Of a DNA stretch of 64,000 nucleotides, positions 1 to 12,433 are shown piece after piece. How positions within the stretch are numbered: position 1 is the stretch's first letter; every line of letters begins with the position of its first letter. Source of the DNA: Stegostoma tigrinum (taxonomy: Eukaryota); the NCBI RefSeq assembly GCF_030684315.1, contig NC_081387.1, positions 21,570,647 to 21,634,646 of the forward strand. Reading direction: 5' to 3'. A model generated the notes under the pieces. That model was not told the origin of the DNA. It worked only from the letters and a program-made list of their open reading frames with translations, and did no database searches. The position numbers and the translations under genes are program-made.

Positions 1-12
1 CCCCTCCAGGGA

Positions 13-1020
13 TTTGATCAGCGTCTCAACTTTGGGCCTCAGCACATTGTTTCTGTCAGTTTCCCATGGATTTGCAGTATAGAAAGGTGCTGGATGGCCC
101 TTGAGGAACAGATGGCAAATGATGTTTCACTACCAGTGAGGAGAGGGGTTGATTGGGAGTGACAGGAACATGGCGTTCAGGAGGAGAGAAAATAAAACAT
201 AAAGCAGCAACATGCGACTCAATAATCTCACATCCTAATCACAGAGAAATCATTACAAAGAGATTCAGACAAATTGTCTTTCAACTTAAGTCCCTCTCCA
301 TCCTCCTTTGTTTGTGTGCTGTATTGAATGAGTTGCTGAATCCATCAGGAATGAAGCCAATGTAAAATGTGAACCTTATCCTGAGCTGAATATCAATTAT
401 CTTTAGGCTTTGCTCTGATCTCCAAATTTGCTGCAGCTTTTTTGAGACTGTTTTCTCTGTTGGGCCCTCTTTCTGGTTTATTTATCCAACTCCTGTTTAA
501 CTGCTGTTCAACTAACATCTACTGTTTCCCACACAAGCCCCAGTGTTAATGGATGTGTCTCCTCATGTACTATCAAATCCCCTATTCAGATTTTAGAAAC
601 CCAGTCTCAAATGACTCATCCTCTGGATTCCTCTGTGCTTAGAATTGTTCCCTCAAGTTACTTTCTTCTATAAAGTGCTTCAATATTCTTAAGGTTCTTG
701 ATTACTATAGGGGAATCAAAAGATACAGGGAAATGGCAGGGGCATGGGTTTGAGAAACATATCACCATGATCAAATGGCAGAGCAGACCTGATGGGCCAT
801 CAGGCCTAATTCCACTCCAATATTTTATGGGTTTATGGTCTCACGTGATTAATTTTGAATTCCATGTCCATCTCCATCACTTACTGTTTAAACTACACCA
901 ACCACATTTTACCAGCTCTCAGAGCTCCAAAGTAGTCTTAATGTGGGGTGTGGGTATCACTTTCACTGCCAGGATTTGCTTCCTATCTCTAACAGGAAAG
1001 GGAAATACCATGTTTCCATA
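13..1020 (+). repeat. Segmental paralog of 40297-41790 (intron preceding the pseudogene PRY/SPRY exon)
   Basis: Colinear matches such as TTTGATCAG.GTCTCAA, CTGTCAGTTT.CCAT, AATGAGTTGCTGAATC, CCTGTTTAACTGCTG, GGAAATACCATGTTTCC. Confidence 0.85.
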
Positions 1021-1029
1021 AAATGATTC

Positions 1030-1285
1030 ATCCCACCCAGGCCCATCCCCTTATAACCCATCTAATCTACACACCCCTGAACACTACAGGCAATTTAGCA
1101 TGGCCAATCAACGTAGCCTACACATCTTTAGACTATAGGAGGAAACTGGGGCACTTGGAGGAAATCCAATCAGACACAGGGAGAATGTGCAAACTCCACA
1201 CAGACAGTTGCCTGAGGATGGAATCAAACCTGGGTCTCTGGTGCTGTGAGGCTGCAGTGCTACCCACTGAGCTAACCTGCTGCCC
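1030..1285 (-). mobile_element. HE1-type tRNA-derived SINE (V-SINE)
   Basis: Box A/B-like head (TAGCTCAGTGG..GGTTTGATTCC) and the conserved GTGTGGAGTTTGCACATTCTCC core. Confidence 0.85.
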
Positions 1286-2114
1286 GTTCTCACTTTTTCC
1301 TCTGACCTTTACCCTCGCCACTCACAATCTTCCATCCTCTCCCACATGTTACCATCATCTCATTCCTCCCCAACTCCCACACTGCATTTCCCCTTCCTGC
1401 TCCCAGTCTTCCCACCTCACTCCCTTCTCCTCACATGTTGTTAATTTTTCCCTCCCATTAGCCATCCTCCCCTTCCCCACAACTCCACCACTTTCTCCTT
1501 CCTCATTTTATCACCCCTAGTCGCACTCCCCTCCCCACATGTCCCTCACCTCCCCCATTCTTCCATCCTCCTCGCCACCTCCTCTCTTGCTACCTCACGC
1601 AAGTGGTGATTGGCATCAGCCTCAGAGGTAGGCATAAAGGGATACTGGGCCTACCCCAGACCAGGTGGCCTGGGATCAGGTCCCACGTACGGCAGAGGAG
1701 TGTATTAATATTTCTGGACAAGGTTGATTTGAAACGATCTTTGTCTGACATGAGAACAGTGCTTCATATTCTCTAATTTACTGAACAATCCTCAATTGAA
1801 ATATTTTATTTCACCTTGCTGATAGAAACTGTTTTCCAGGTCCAACATTTTTAGTAAAAAAGCGTTATAACCTGCCACGCAAGACGTTGACATCTACCCA
1901 CCGTCCTTGCAACTTTCAATTTATTTCCTTCCTTTTCCATAATACGTTCAAACGACTGAAAAACAGGTTCCGAGTAAAGTTTGTGCACGGAAGTAAAACA
2001 TCTCGGAATTCTAACCTTGCTGCATGTATGTGTGCGTCCCCTCCCTCTACCATTGCATGTGACAGCGAGTTCCATGTATATCTAAGAGGGAAGACGGCTG
2101 ATAAAGTACTCACA

Positions 2115-2300
2115 GATATTAGGAATGGCAGATGCTGGAGAATCACAGATAACAAAGTGTAGATCTGAATGAACACAGCAGGCCAAGCAGCATCTTAGGA
2201 GCACAAAAGCTGACGTTTCAGGCCTGGACCCTTCATCAGAAATGGGGGGAGGGGAAGAGGGTTCTGAAATAAATAGGGAGACGGGGGAAGCAGATCGAAG
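2115..2300 (-). mobile_element. PLE 3' terminal fragment with hammerhead motif (2212-2239)
   Basis: Reverse complement CTGATGAAGGGTCCAGGCCTGAAACGTCAGCTTTTGTGCTCC; homologous to 49520-49709. Confidence 0.8.
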
Positions 2301-2699
2301 TCCTCAGTTTTGTTTTGTACACACATTGTTGTTTAATGCTTGTTTTTTTTTCTTGTTTGTGGAAGCTTCTGCTCGTAACTGAGCCGATGTGCAACAAAAC
2401 TGAAAAACAAAACCCACGAAAATTATTTGACTGGTGTTGAAGCAATCTAGGACTTCTGGTCGTGGATGCCGCCATCTGAATGCAAGTCTGGGAGATCCAG
2501 GAGAAATAAGGTGAAAATCTCATGCCCAACCTCCTGAGGCTTTTTGCCCTATCGTTTCCTGTATGTTCCTGTCATCCGACATGATTTTTTGACCTTGCGT
2601 TTTACTGTAGGCGGTTATGCTCATGAAGACATTTCAGTTGATGGACCTGGATTTGTTCACCGTGTTGCGCAGTAGCGTTTGTCAGAGGCAACCAGTTCA

Positions 2700-3010
2700 C
2701 TCTGAAGCAATGGAATCTGTGGCCCCGCCTGTCTCCACCTCCTCCACTTCGACCATCCCCTTCCCCCACTGCCAAACGTCTTTGGAACTGATTCAATCAT
2801 ACTTACTGCGCAATGGAACATCGATTGTAGTTTATCCCGCTCTAAGCGTTGTCTCCCCCCACGGAAGGCAGGTGAACGTGGCACTATTGAAAATAACATC
2901 ATTGAAAATTGCAGTGAACAATTTCGGGACATCGCTGGACTAAAGTTACTCGCCAGGGCAGTCTTATCGAAAGCGGGAACATTTTGAATTGGGAAGTATC
3001 GAATGTGAAC
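2700..3010 (+). promoter_or_regulatory. CpG-rich proximal upstream region of TRIM gene A
   Basis: CpG-rich; TTACTGCGC and TTTTGAA..GGAAGT..GTGA.CATGGCTTC motifs shared with the upstream region of gene B (32313-32550, - strand). Confidence 0.4.
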
Positions 3011-3421
3011 ATGGCTTCGATAGAGCAGGCAGCCAGTCTGACCGAGGAGGCAGTTTGCGCCATTTGTCTGGATTTCTTCACCGAGCCGGTTACACTGGAT
3101 TGTGGGCACAACTTCTGCCGCTCCTGTATCACCCAGAGTTGGGAAATCAAGGAGATAAACTCCTGCCCGGAATGTAGAGAGGTGTTTCCGGAAAGAAACC
3201 TCAGGGTAAATCGGGTCTTAGCGAATCTGGCCGAGGAGGCTCGAAAATTAAAGCTGGATTCGAAAGAGAAGGAGAGTAAGCCTCGCTGTGAGGAACATCA
3301 GAGAGAACTGAAGCTGTTTTGTGAAACGGACAAGAAACTTCTCTGTGAAGTTTGTGTTATTAAGCAAGAGCACAGGGACCACCACTTCGTGCGGATTAAA
3401 GACGCCGTTGATATTTACAAG
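3011..3421 (+). CDS. TRIM gene A coding exon 1: RING (C3HC4) + B-box2 (TRIM39/TRIM27/nuclear factor 7-like E3 ligase; full CDS 3011-12336, 481 aa)
   Basis: ATG in AACATGG context; CAIC..CGHNFCRSC..W..CPECR RING and CEEH..FCETD..CEVC..HRDH B-box; ends at AAG|GTAAAG donor, 411 nt, phase 0. Confidence 0.95.
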
Positions 3422-3512
3422 GTAAAGGAGAAAAATAGATTGACCACGAGATTATGTATGCGCCTTTCTATAGTCAGCACTTTTATTCTTTGAACCTCTG
3501 TCTCAATTCCAG

Positions 3513-3608
3513 GGTCAGCTGAAATCTTCCTTAGATTCTCTCACAGAGAAGAAATCGGCGGCTCTACAAATGGAGTTAAACCAGAAACGGAAGATTTCCC
3601 AAGTGAGG
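3513..3608 (+). CDS. TRIM gene A exon 2 (coiled coil, 96 nt)
   Basis: ttccAG acceptor, AGG|GTGAGG donor; 96 nt open exon typical of B30.2 TRIMs; matches gene B exon 2. Confidence 0.93.
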
Positions 3609-3703
3609 GTGAGGTCTCCCTGTGCTGACTTTCTGGGATCTCGGGTAGTTTTGTTCACTTTATCGGGGGGGGCATTAATGATGTTTCACATTTCATTTGG
3701 TAG

Positions 3704-3937
3704 GAACAAGCGAGCAGTCTGCAGACCCACATCACATCCGAGTTCGCTAAAATGCACCAGATTCTCAATGAGATGGTGCAGCGTTTACTCCGAGATCTTG
3801 AGGAAGAGGAGAAGAGGATTGTACAAACGATGGAGAAAAACCATCGGGAGATTCAGGAGAATTTAAAATCTATCGAGGAGAATCTCTCAAAATTGCAGAA
3901 ACAGATGGAGGAAACAGACTTCGTGACTTTTCTCAGG
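3704..3937 (+). CDS. TRIM gene A exon 3 (coiled coil, 234 nt)
   Basis: tggtAG acceptor, AGG|GTGAGG donor; EQASSLQTHITSEFAKMHQIL..LEEEEKR heptad-rich sequence. Confidence 0.93.
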
Positions 3938-4169
3938 GTGAGGAGCTGTTTTGATTAAAAGAAAGATCGTTGGCTTTGTCTATTTCGGTATATTTAAAAC
4001 GCTATCTTGGAATCTAAGGACCCTCGCTGTTTCTGAAGAACCTCAGGAATATGTTTTACCTGTCTGGGGTGAGTTTTTAGAATTTTGACGCTTGGCATGT
4101 ACAATATTCCCTGTTGCTCAAATTTAATATGAATGCATTATTCATCACCGATAATAATTAAGTCATGCA

Positions 4170-6075
4170 CCCTCGTGGCCTGGCATATTCTTCACTCTAA
4201 CATTACCATCAAGCCAGGGAATCAACCCTAGTAAAATAAAGAGTGCAGGAGGGCATGCCAGGAACAGCACCAGGCGTATCTAAAAATGGGTTGTCAACCC
4301 AGTGAAGCTACCAAACAGGACTACATGCCGTTCTGAACAGCATGAGCAGCAAGTGTTAGACAGAGCTAAGCAATCCCACAACCAACAGATCATATCTAAA
4401 CTCTGCAGTCCTGCCACATCCTATTGTGAATGGTCATGGACAGTTAAACAACTTATTTGAGGAGGAATTTCCACAAATATCCTGATTCTCAATGATGCAA
4501 GAGCCCAACATTTAGGTGTAAAATTTAAGGCTGAATCATTCATAACACTCTTCAGCCAGAAGTGCAAAGTGGATGATTCATCTCGGCCTCTTCCAGTGGT
4601 CCCCAATATTCCAGATGTCAGCCAATTTGATTCACTCAGTATGACTGAAGACGCTGAACACTGAAGGCTTTATCCCTGACAACAGCCCCGCAATATTCTT
4701 GAAATCTGTGTGCCAGAACTTGCCATACCTCTAGCCAAGCTGTCACAGCGCTGGCATCCACCTGACAATGTTCAAAAATGCCTAGATGTGCCCTGAACAC
4801 AAAAAGCAGGACAAGTCCAATTAATCAGTCTCTTCTTGATTATCAGAAAAGTAATGGAAGGTGTCATCAACAGTACAGTCAAGCAGCACCTGCATAGCAA
4901 TAAGCTGCTCAGTTTGGGTTTTGCTGTATTCACTCAGCCCCTGGCCTCATTAAAGTCTTAGTTCAAAAGTGGAAAACAGAGCTGAATTCCAGAAGTGAGG
5001 TGAGAGTGACAGCCCTTGTCATCAAGGCCATATTTAAAAGAGTGCACCATCAAGGAGCCCTAGTAAAATTGGAATCAATGTGTATTAAGGGGAAATGTGC
5101 CACTTGATGAAGTTACACCTGGCTCATAGGAAGATGGATGGGATTGCTGGAGGTCACTTATCTCAGCTCAAGGATATTTCTGCAGGAGTTTCCAGCCCCA
5201 ACTATCTTCAGCTACTTCATCAATGACTGCTCCTCCATCATAAGGTCAAAAGTGGAGGTGCTTGCTGATGATTTCAAAATGTTCAGCTAAATATTAGTGT
5301 CCTCAGATACTGACGCATTCCATATTTGAATGCAACAAGAATTAGTAATAGCCAGGCTTCGGCTGAAAAGTGTCAAGTAACATTCAAGCCACACAAATAC
5401 CAGGTGATGACCATCTCCATTAAGTGTCAATGTATCCATCACTGCTTGGTATTCAATGACGTTACTATCACTGAATCTCCCACTGTCAACATCTTGGCGT
5501 AAGTCATTGACCAGAAACTCAACTGAACTCATAACATCAATACAGTGGCTACAAGAGCTAGTCAGAGGCTAGAACTACTAACTAACTCCCTAAAGCCTAT
5601 CCAACATTTACAAACTACAAATAAACTGTTTCTTGGAATACTTCACACTTGCCTGGCTAGGTCTAGCTCCAACAACACTCAAGAAGCTTGACACTATCTA
5701 GGACAAAGTAGATCACTTGATGGGCACCACACCCACAAACATCCACTTTCTACAATGCTGACACTCAGTAGCAGCATTGTGAATGATGTCCAGGATGCAC
5801 TGCAGAACTTCAACAATGTTCAATACCTTCTGAGCCCACAGCCAGTTCCATCGAAAAGGACAAGGACAGCAAATATATCGAAACATCACCACATGCAAGT
5901 TTCTCTGAAAAACACTTAACTTCCAACCTTGGAAATATGTCACTCTTCCTTCACTGTTGCTGAGGTAAAATCGTAGAGTTCCCTCCCTGAGGGAATTGTG
6001 GGTCTGCCTACAACATATGGACTGAAATGGTTCAGGAAGGCACCTCCCCACCAACTTCTCAAAGGCAACTAAGCA
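4170..6075 (+). mobile_element. Degraded CR1-clade LINE (RT region to 3' end)
   Basis: Decayed RT motifs (DIKA.F..V.HQG, FIND, FADD); the same family recurs at 8060-8510 (-), 36480-37670, 43730-44170 and 52010-53000. Confidence 0.75.
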
Positions 6076-6824
6076 AATGGCCCATTAAAATTAATGTTCA
6101 ACATTGCCTCTCAGGGGTTTAAATGGCTGCAGAAAAGAGTTTCCCTTGGATAGTCTGGAACCTGAGGTCATAATCAAATATTAAATGGTAGCTCATTTAA
6201 AACAGAAATGGGTAGGACAGACAAAATATGCTGGCTAACCAGAGATGCCCACATCCTTCAAGAGAAGAGAAAAGAATATTCTCTCAGAGTGTAATAAGTC
6301 TGTGGAGTTTGTTATTGCAAGGGCCTGTAGTAGGTTGGGTCCTTAAGTATAATGAAGAGTGATAGAGACAGAAGTTTAATCAACAAGGATATCAAGAGGG
6401 CAAAGGCAGGAAACTGGAGTTGAATATTATCAGATTTTCCAGAATGTCATTGAATAGCCAAGCTAATTGTCTGGATAGCCTAATAGTACTCTGTAGTCTT
6501 ATGAGCTTATGATCCCACCTTTGCTGCTCCAATCTATATCCAATATTATAATAGCAATTGATTCTTGCCCTGGTCAGTTATTCATTCCAAATCATTAACA
6601 ATTGTTGAAAAGGATCTTCCTCAGCATCCTGTTGTGCCAATTACTTAATATATTTATGTCTCTCAATCCCTTGAACATTCTATTCCCACAGCTGTTATAA
6701 TATTTTTCACTTCACATTTCTGTAAACAACTCTCATCTGCCCCATATGCATTCACCATCCTGTCTATATCTTCCTGCGATCTGTTAATGTCATTCTAATC
6801 AGTGTTTTTATTAATTTATTTCAG

Positions 6825-6847
6825 GGGGAAGTTTCTCGAAAGAGAAG
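6825..6847 (+). CDS. TRIM gene A exon 4 (23 nt micro-exon)
   Basis: tttcAG|GGGGAAGTTTCTCGAAAGAGAAG|GTATG; 23 nt exon typical of TRIM-B30.2 genes; keeps frame; paralog at 27994-28016. Confidence 0.88.
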
Positions 6848-6947
6848 GTATGTCATGATCTTTACTGGAACTCAGTTCAATTGTTAAAACAAAGTATGAA
6901 TACATTCATTATCAACTTAAATCACTTTTAAAAAAATATATTTCTAG

Positions 6948-7063
6948 GATTAGTGACGGTGGTCTCATGCTGTCAGTAGCAGATGGCACCCTAACTATTG
7001 GGAAGTTCAAAGGACCTTTACAATACACAGTATGGAGAAATATGTTAAGCTTCATTAAACCTG
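6948..7063 (+). CDS. TRIM gene A exon 5 (linker, 116 nt)
   Basis: ttctAG acceptor, CCTG|GTAAG donor; encodes GKFKGPLQYTVWRNM motif that precedes PRY. Confidence 0.92.
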
Positions 7064-9109
7064 GTAAGATTCCTATAAACTTTGTTCCTAGTGTAGAATT
7101 CTCAAAGTACCGAAAACAGACCTCAGATTGGTCCATAAGTAACTGTAAATGCATAGAAATGCATTTGATTCTTAGTCACCCTGAAGGACATTAGGAATGG
7201 ACAGAAAATGCTGGACCATGCCTGTGACAACCAGATTGTATCAGTCTGTCAGTTAAAAAGCAAGCAGCGTTATTGTATGGTTGAAAGTTTATGTCTGTTT
7301 CTGTCTCCCCAAATATCATCAGACCTGCTGAGTCCTTCCAGCACTTTCGGCTTTCATGTCAGATTTTCAGTTTTGCAGTATTTTGCTTTTATATTAAAGA
7401 GAAAAAAATCTCAGACATAGAGAGGAGATGGATGTGGCATTTTAGGGCAAGCATGATTGATTCTTTGAGTGATCCATTAGACCGAGCACACATGCAAATT
7501 GGTCAGAGGCCCAATCCAATTTTTCATTTGATGTATCCCTGGAATATTGCATCCAAATTGAAATGTGGAAATCAGATTTCATGGAAACGAGTCATGTTCC
7601 TTAGTGGAAAACTGCTGACAGAAAATTCAAGTTTTCCATGGAGAGCTTGAGTAACAATATTTTCTAGTGAAAAGGTTTTCCAGCAGATCAACAAATGCAG
7701 TGAGACAGATGATCAGGAAAAGTTAACATTTCCCCTGAGAAGGTAATTCAATTTTTGTCCTTGCTGTTTCTCATTTTTAGAAAATTAACAGAATGAAGCA
7801 AATTGTAATTCTATATTGCCTTTCACAAAGGAATCAACAAAGTGTTTCTGAGATGTAAACATTGTTACAATGTAGAAAACGGAACCAGTAATTTGTGCTC
7901 CAGAGAATTTGTTTTCATTTGCTTGAATGACAGCTGTTGACCAGGCCAATGAAAAGAACTTATTCCATTATTAGTCATCAGGATCCCAGCAGTCCCTATA
8001 AGACAACCGGTGAGGATGGTCTACAGACTGATCTACTGGGTGAAGTTACACAATTTCCTTGGGTCCGATATTTAGTCTTTAAAGGATTGTGTGCATCAGT
8101 GGCTATGCCAACTTTTATTGCCCATTGTTAATTGTCACTGCGAAGGCGCTTGTGAGCCACACTCTTGAACCATTGTAATTCCTGGGGAGTATCTACAGCC
8201 ATAGTGCTGTACGGAAGACAGTTCCAGGAGTTTGACCCAACAATACCAAAGGGACAATAACATAATTCCAAGTAGGTAATTTATGTGACTTGGAGCGGAG
8301 CTTGCATATGGCAATGTTCCCATATAACAGGTTCCCTTGTCCTTCTAGGTGATAGAGGTCATAGTTTCAACTATTGCTGTGGAAAGAACCTTGCTGAATT
8401 GTTACACTACATCTTATATATTATGCGCAATGCTGTCACTATGCTCCAGTGGTGAAGGGAGTAAATATTGAAAATAGTAGATAGAATGTTAATCAAGTGA
8501 GTTGCTTTACAGTAATTGAATATGAATATGTTGATTTGAGTCTCTGATTTCCACATTTAAATTAGACTTCCCCAGGTTTTGTGTTGAAGCATCGACACAT
8601 CATTTATGAATGTTTTATTATTGCTAGATGGACAGTCATAGCAACTTGTTAGCATGTATTACATTGACTCCATCTACGATATGGATACAGATGATCGTGA
8701 ATCGAGAATCTACGCCAAGTAGTTAACATGGAGCTATTTGAAGTAAAAGAACATCACTTACCCAGAGAATCAGCAACAAAAGAAGCAAGTTTGATTAGCA
8801 CATGTGAAAAACATGAGCTTAAATAGACCTGTGCATCGTTGGTTCAAGTGTCAGTGATGAGGAGACTGAATTGGGCATTCTGTTCTAGTAGATGCTCGGT
8901 CCTTTTTCACAGTGTAAAATACACTTCAAAACTAATACATGATGTGAGGTGTTTTGAGACATTTTTTTCAGTAATATTAAATTTATAAATTCAGTGAACT
9001 TTGAATATTGGGGAATATGCAGGATTGGATGAAGAGAAAAAGGGATGCAGATGATAGCTACCAAGGGCTCAAAACAGCAGATCTCCCAAGAGGAGTACAG
9101 AATATGAAA

Positions 9110-9445
9110 GGGAGGCAATGACCTAGTGGCATTATCGCTGGACCGTTAATCCAGAGGGTAGTATTCTGCAGACCTGGGTTCAAATCCTGCTGCAGCAGAT
9201 GGTGGAATTTGAATTCAATAAACATCTGGAATTAAGAGTCTAGTTCAACTGGGGTAAAAACAAAATCATCTGTTTCAGTAATGTCCTTTAGAGAAGAAAA
9301 CTGCCATCCTCACCTGGCTTGGTCTTCATGTGACTCCAGACACATAGCAATGTGGTTGCCTCTGAATGCACACCCCTGCCCCAGGCCATTAGTGATGGGC
9401 AATACATGCCGCCTAGCCAGTAGTGCCTTCATTCTGTGAATGAAT
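9110..9445 (+). mobile_element. tRNA-derived SINE with LINE-like 3' tail
   Basis: CTAGTGG..GGGTTCAAATCC pol III boxes; related copies at 52340-52670 and ~27430-27590 (-). Confidence 0.7.
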
Positions 9446-9899
9446 TTTTAGAAAGGAACATTAGGAGACCAAAAGAGAGATATAAAAGGACGATGCCAGG
9501 AAAGTTTGAAGTTATTTTCCAGGTACATAAAGGGTATAAACATAACCAAGGAGAGAGTGGGGCCCCATTAAGGATCAGAGTATCAATTTGAGCTTGCAGC
9601 TGGAGGATAGAGGTCGGCAATAAAGTGAATACATTGTGTTGGCGTTCACTTGTGAGTGGGACAATGTAAATGTAGAAATAGGAAGTGGTACTGTGGTACA
9701 TTCACTTTGAGAATGGTGGGAATCTGGAACTTGCTGCCTGTCAGAATAGTAGAGGCAGAAACTGTCATAATCTTTAAATGTATTTAGATGCACAAAGGCA
9801 TAAAAGCTAATGGTCTGATTATGAGAAAATGGGAGTAGAATATTTAAGCTTCAGGCCTCCTCCTTACCTGCCCAGATATAAGCTGAACAAAAACTTGAA

Positions 9900-10960
9900 C
9901 AAATGAAGGTAGGAGACAGAGAATGGTGTTCGAGGGTTGCTTTTCAGACTGGAGGTCTGTGACAAGCAGTGTGCAGCAAAGATCTGTGCTCAGTCCTCTG
10001 CTTTTTGTCATTTTTATAAATGATTTGGATTTGAAAACAGGATGAATATTTTGTAAGATTGCAGATGATACCAAAATTGTGTAGTGGACAGTGAAGATGG
10101 TTATCTCCATGTACAATAAAATCTTGATCAGATGGGCTGATGGGCCAAGGAGTGGCATATTGAGTTAAATTTAGATAAATGTGAGGTGTTGCATTTTGTT
10201 AGGGCATTTAATGCATTTAATGCATAAGACCTGGTAACTCTTGCTGAACAAAGGGACCTTGGAGCACAGCTTCACAGCTCCTTGAAGGTGGAGTTACAGG
10301 TAGACAAGGTAGTGAAGAAGGCAGATAGAATCCTTGCCTTCACTGGTCAGTGCATTGAGTAGAGTTGGGATATCATGTTGTGGCTGTGCAGGAAATTATT
10401 TAGGCCACTTCTGGAATACGGTGTTCAATTCTGGTCTTTCTGCTGTGGGAAAGATGTTGTTAAACTTGAAAGTGTTCAGAAAAGATTTACAAGGATGTTG
10501 CCAGAGTTGAGGGGTTTTAACCATAGGGTGAGACTGAATAGGCTGGGGCTGTTTTCTCTGGAGTGTCGGAGGCCTAGGGGTGACTTCAAAGAAGTTTATA
10601 AATTCATGACGGGCATGGATAAGGTAAATAGTCAAGGATATTTTCCCAGGGTAGGAAAACCCAAAACTAGAGAGCTTCTGTTTAAGGTGAGAGTGGAAAG
10701 ATTTAAAAGGGACGTAAGGGGTATCTTTTTCACACAGAGGTTGGTGCATGAATTGAATGAACTGCCAGAAAAAGTGTTGGAAGCTGTTCTAACTACTACA
10801 TTTAAAAGGCATTTTGATGGGTACATAAATGGGAAGGGTTAAGAAGGATATGAGTCAAATGTTGGCAAATGGAACAAGATTAGTTTAGGATAATAGGTTG
10901 GCATTGATGAGTTGGACTGAAGGGTCTCTTTCTGTGCTGTACGACCCTATAACTCAATGA
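9900..10960 (+). mobile_element. CR1 LINE 3' portion
   Basis: RPLLEYGVQFWS..LESVQKRFTRM..GLFSLE; decayed microsatellite tail. Confidence 0.85.
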
Positions 10961-11770
10961 CTTTATCAGCCTATGTGGAACAGCCATTTGGATATGCAGA
11001 AATTTCCTCCAATTAAACACTAGGGAGACAGAATCCCAGCCATTGGATCCATTTTTCTCGGCTTACAATGACCTGAGATAAAGCCAGCCACCATCATGTC
11101 ACACTTGATATTGAGGTCAGGGAAAAAATGATATACATATACACACATCATTTATAAAACCATCTATGTCCACCTATGTAAAATTGCCTGACTTCCATTC
11201 AACATTTATTGATCCTTTCAAAGTAAGTGGGCATTGCTGACTGAGTTGGCATTTGTTGTCCATTCCAAATTGCATTCAGAAAATGGTGAGTCACAATCTC
11301 AACCCAGTTCGGTCCATGAGATGCAGGAACACTCACAACATTGTCAGGAAGGTGGTTCCAGAAAGGATTCCAATGACAGGGAAAGATCAGTCATATCATT
11401 CTATGTCATAGTGATACGTGAATTGGAGGAGGATTACTTGCAACCGAGGGTGTTCGCATGTATTTGTTGCCTTGTGATTCCAGGTTGTAGAGATCTCAGT
11501 TTTGGAAGGTGCTGTGGAAGGAAATTGAGTGCCTCTTAGCTCATCTGCTGTTGATGTCCTAGTATACCTTTGTTAGTTGTATTGATCACTTCAAAGTTTC
11601 CTAGCTGGCCTCCCAAATTTTACGCTTCCTAAGAGTGATGCACAAAGACTTGATATGTAGCAGAGTTCTGGAAAACAACACAGACTCAGTTGGCTCTGTT
11701 TATCTTTAGAGAAACGGGTCTGAATAAATGACAGCAAACAACTAAATCAATGATGTTTGTCTCTATGCAG

Positions 11771-12336
11771 TGCCAGCATCTCTGACTTTGGATCCAAACA
11801 CAGCAAATAACCGGCTTATTGTGTCTGGGGAACAGACTAGTGTGAAAGCAGAGAAAAGACGACATACAACCTCTGACAGCTTCAAGCGGTTTGATCCCCA
11901 GCCCTTTGTGCTGGGTTCAGAGGGATTCACATCAGGGAGACATTACTGGGAGGTGGAAGTAGGGGAGAAGACTCTGTGTAAAGTGGGAGTGGCCCGGGAG
12001 TCTGTCAAGAGGAAAGGAAGCATTGACCTGAAACCTGAGAGTGGATACTGGATGTTCTGGCCATTCTCCAAAAGCGATTTTGACACTTTCACATCACCAT
12101 CAAGGGTAAAACACAACCCGATTGAGAAACAATTGAAAATTGGGGTTTTCCTGGACTATGAGGGTGGACAGGTGTCATTTTACAATGCGGACACCATGTC
12201 CCATCTCCACACTTTCACCCACACTTTCACTGAGAGGCTCTTTCCCATTTTTGGTTTGGAATGTAAAGTCAGTGAGAAAAGCTCAGCAATGCTGACAATC
12301 TGCGGGATAAAGGGAATTGACAGATCCATCCCATAA
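11771..12336 (+). CDS. TRIM gene A exon 6: PRY/SPRY (B30.2) domain
   Basis: tgcAG acceptor; [36 protein letters not shown] motifs; exon lengths sum to 1446 nt with no internal stop. Confidence 0.95.
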
Positions 12337-12427
12337 TTTCACCCGTTTCCCCTGCCTCCTGCCAGCTGTAAACTGACAGGGGCTGGTCTCAGCCAGATGG
12401 AGAGAGAAACCAGGTTAACATTCCAAG

Positions 12428-12433
12428 AATAAA
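12428..12433 (+). terminator. Probable polyadenylation signal of TRIM gene A
   Basis: AATAAA about 90 nt after the stop; conserved at the same position in gene B (21754-21759, - strand) and the pseudogene (43092-43097). Confidence 0.55.

Noticed and set aside
2617-2943. 108 aa ORF upstream of TRIM gene A
   Set aside because: No recognisable domain and no counterpart upstream of gene B; at most a uORF.
7291-7650. 119 aa intronic ORF
   Set aside because: Starts in a repeat fragment, has no recognisable motif and is not needed for the gene A frame.
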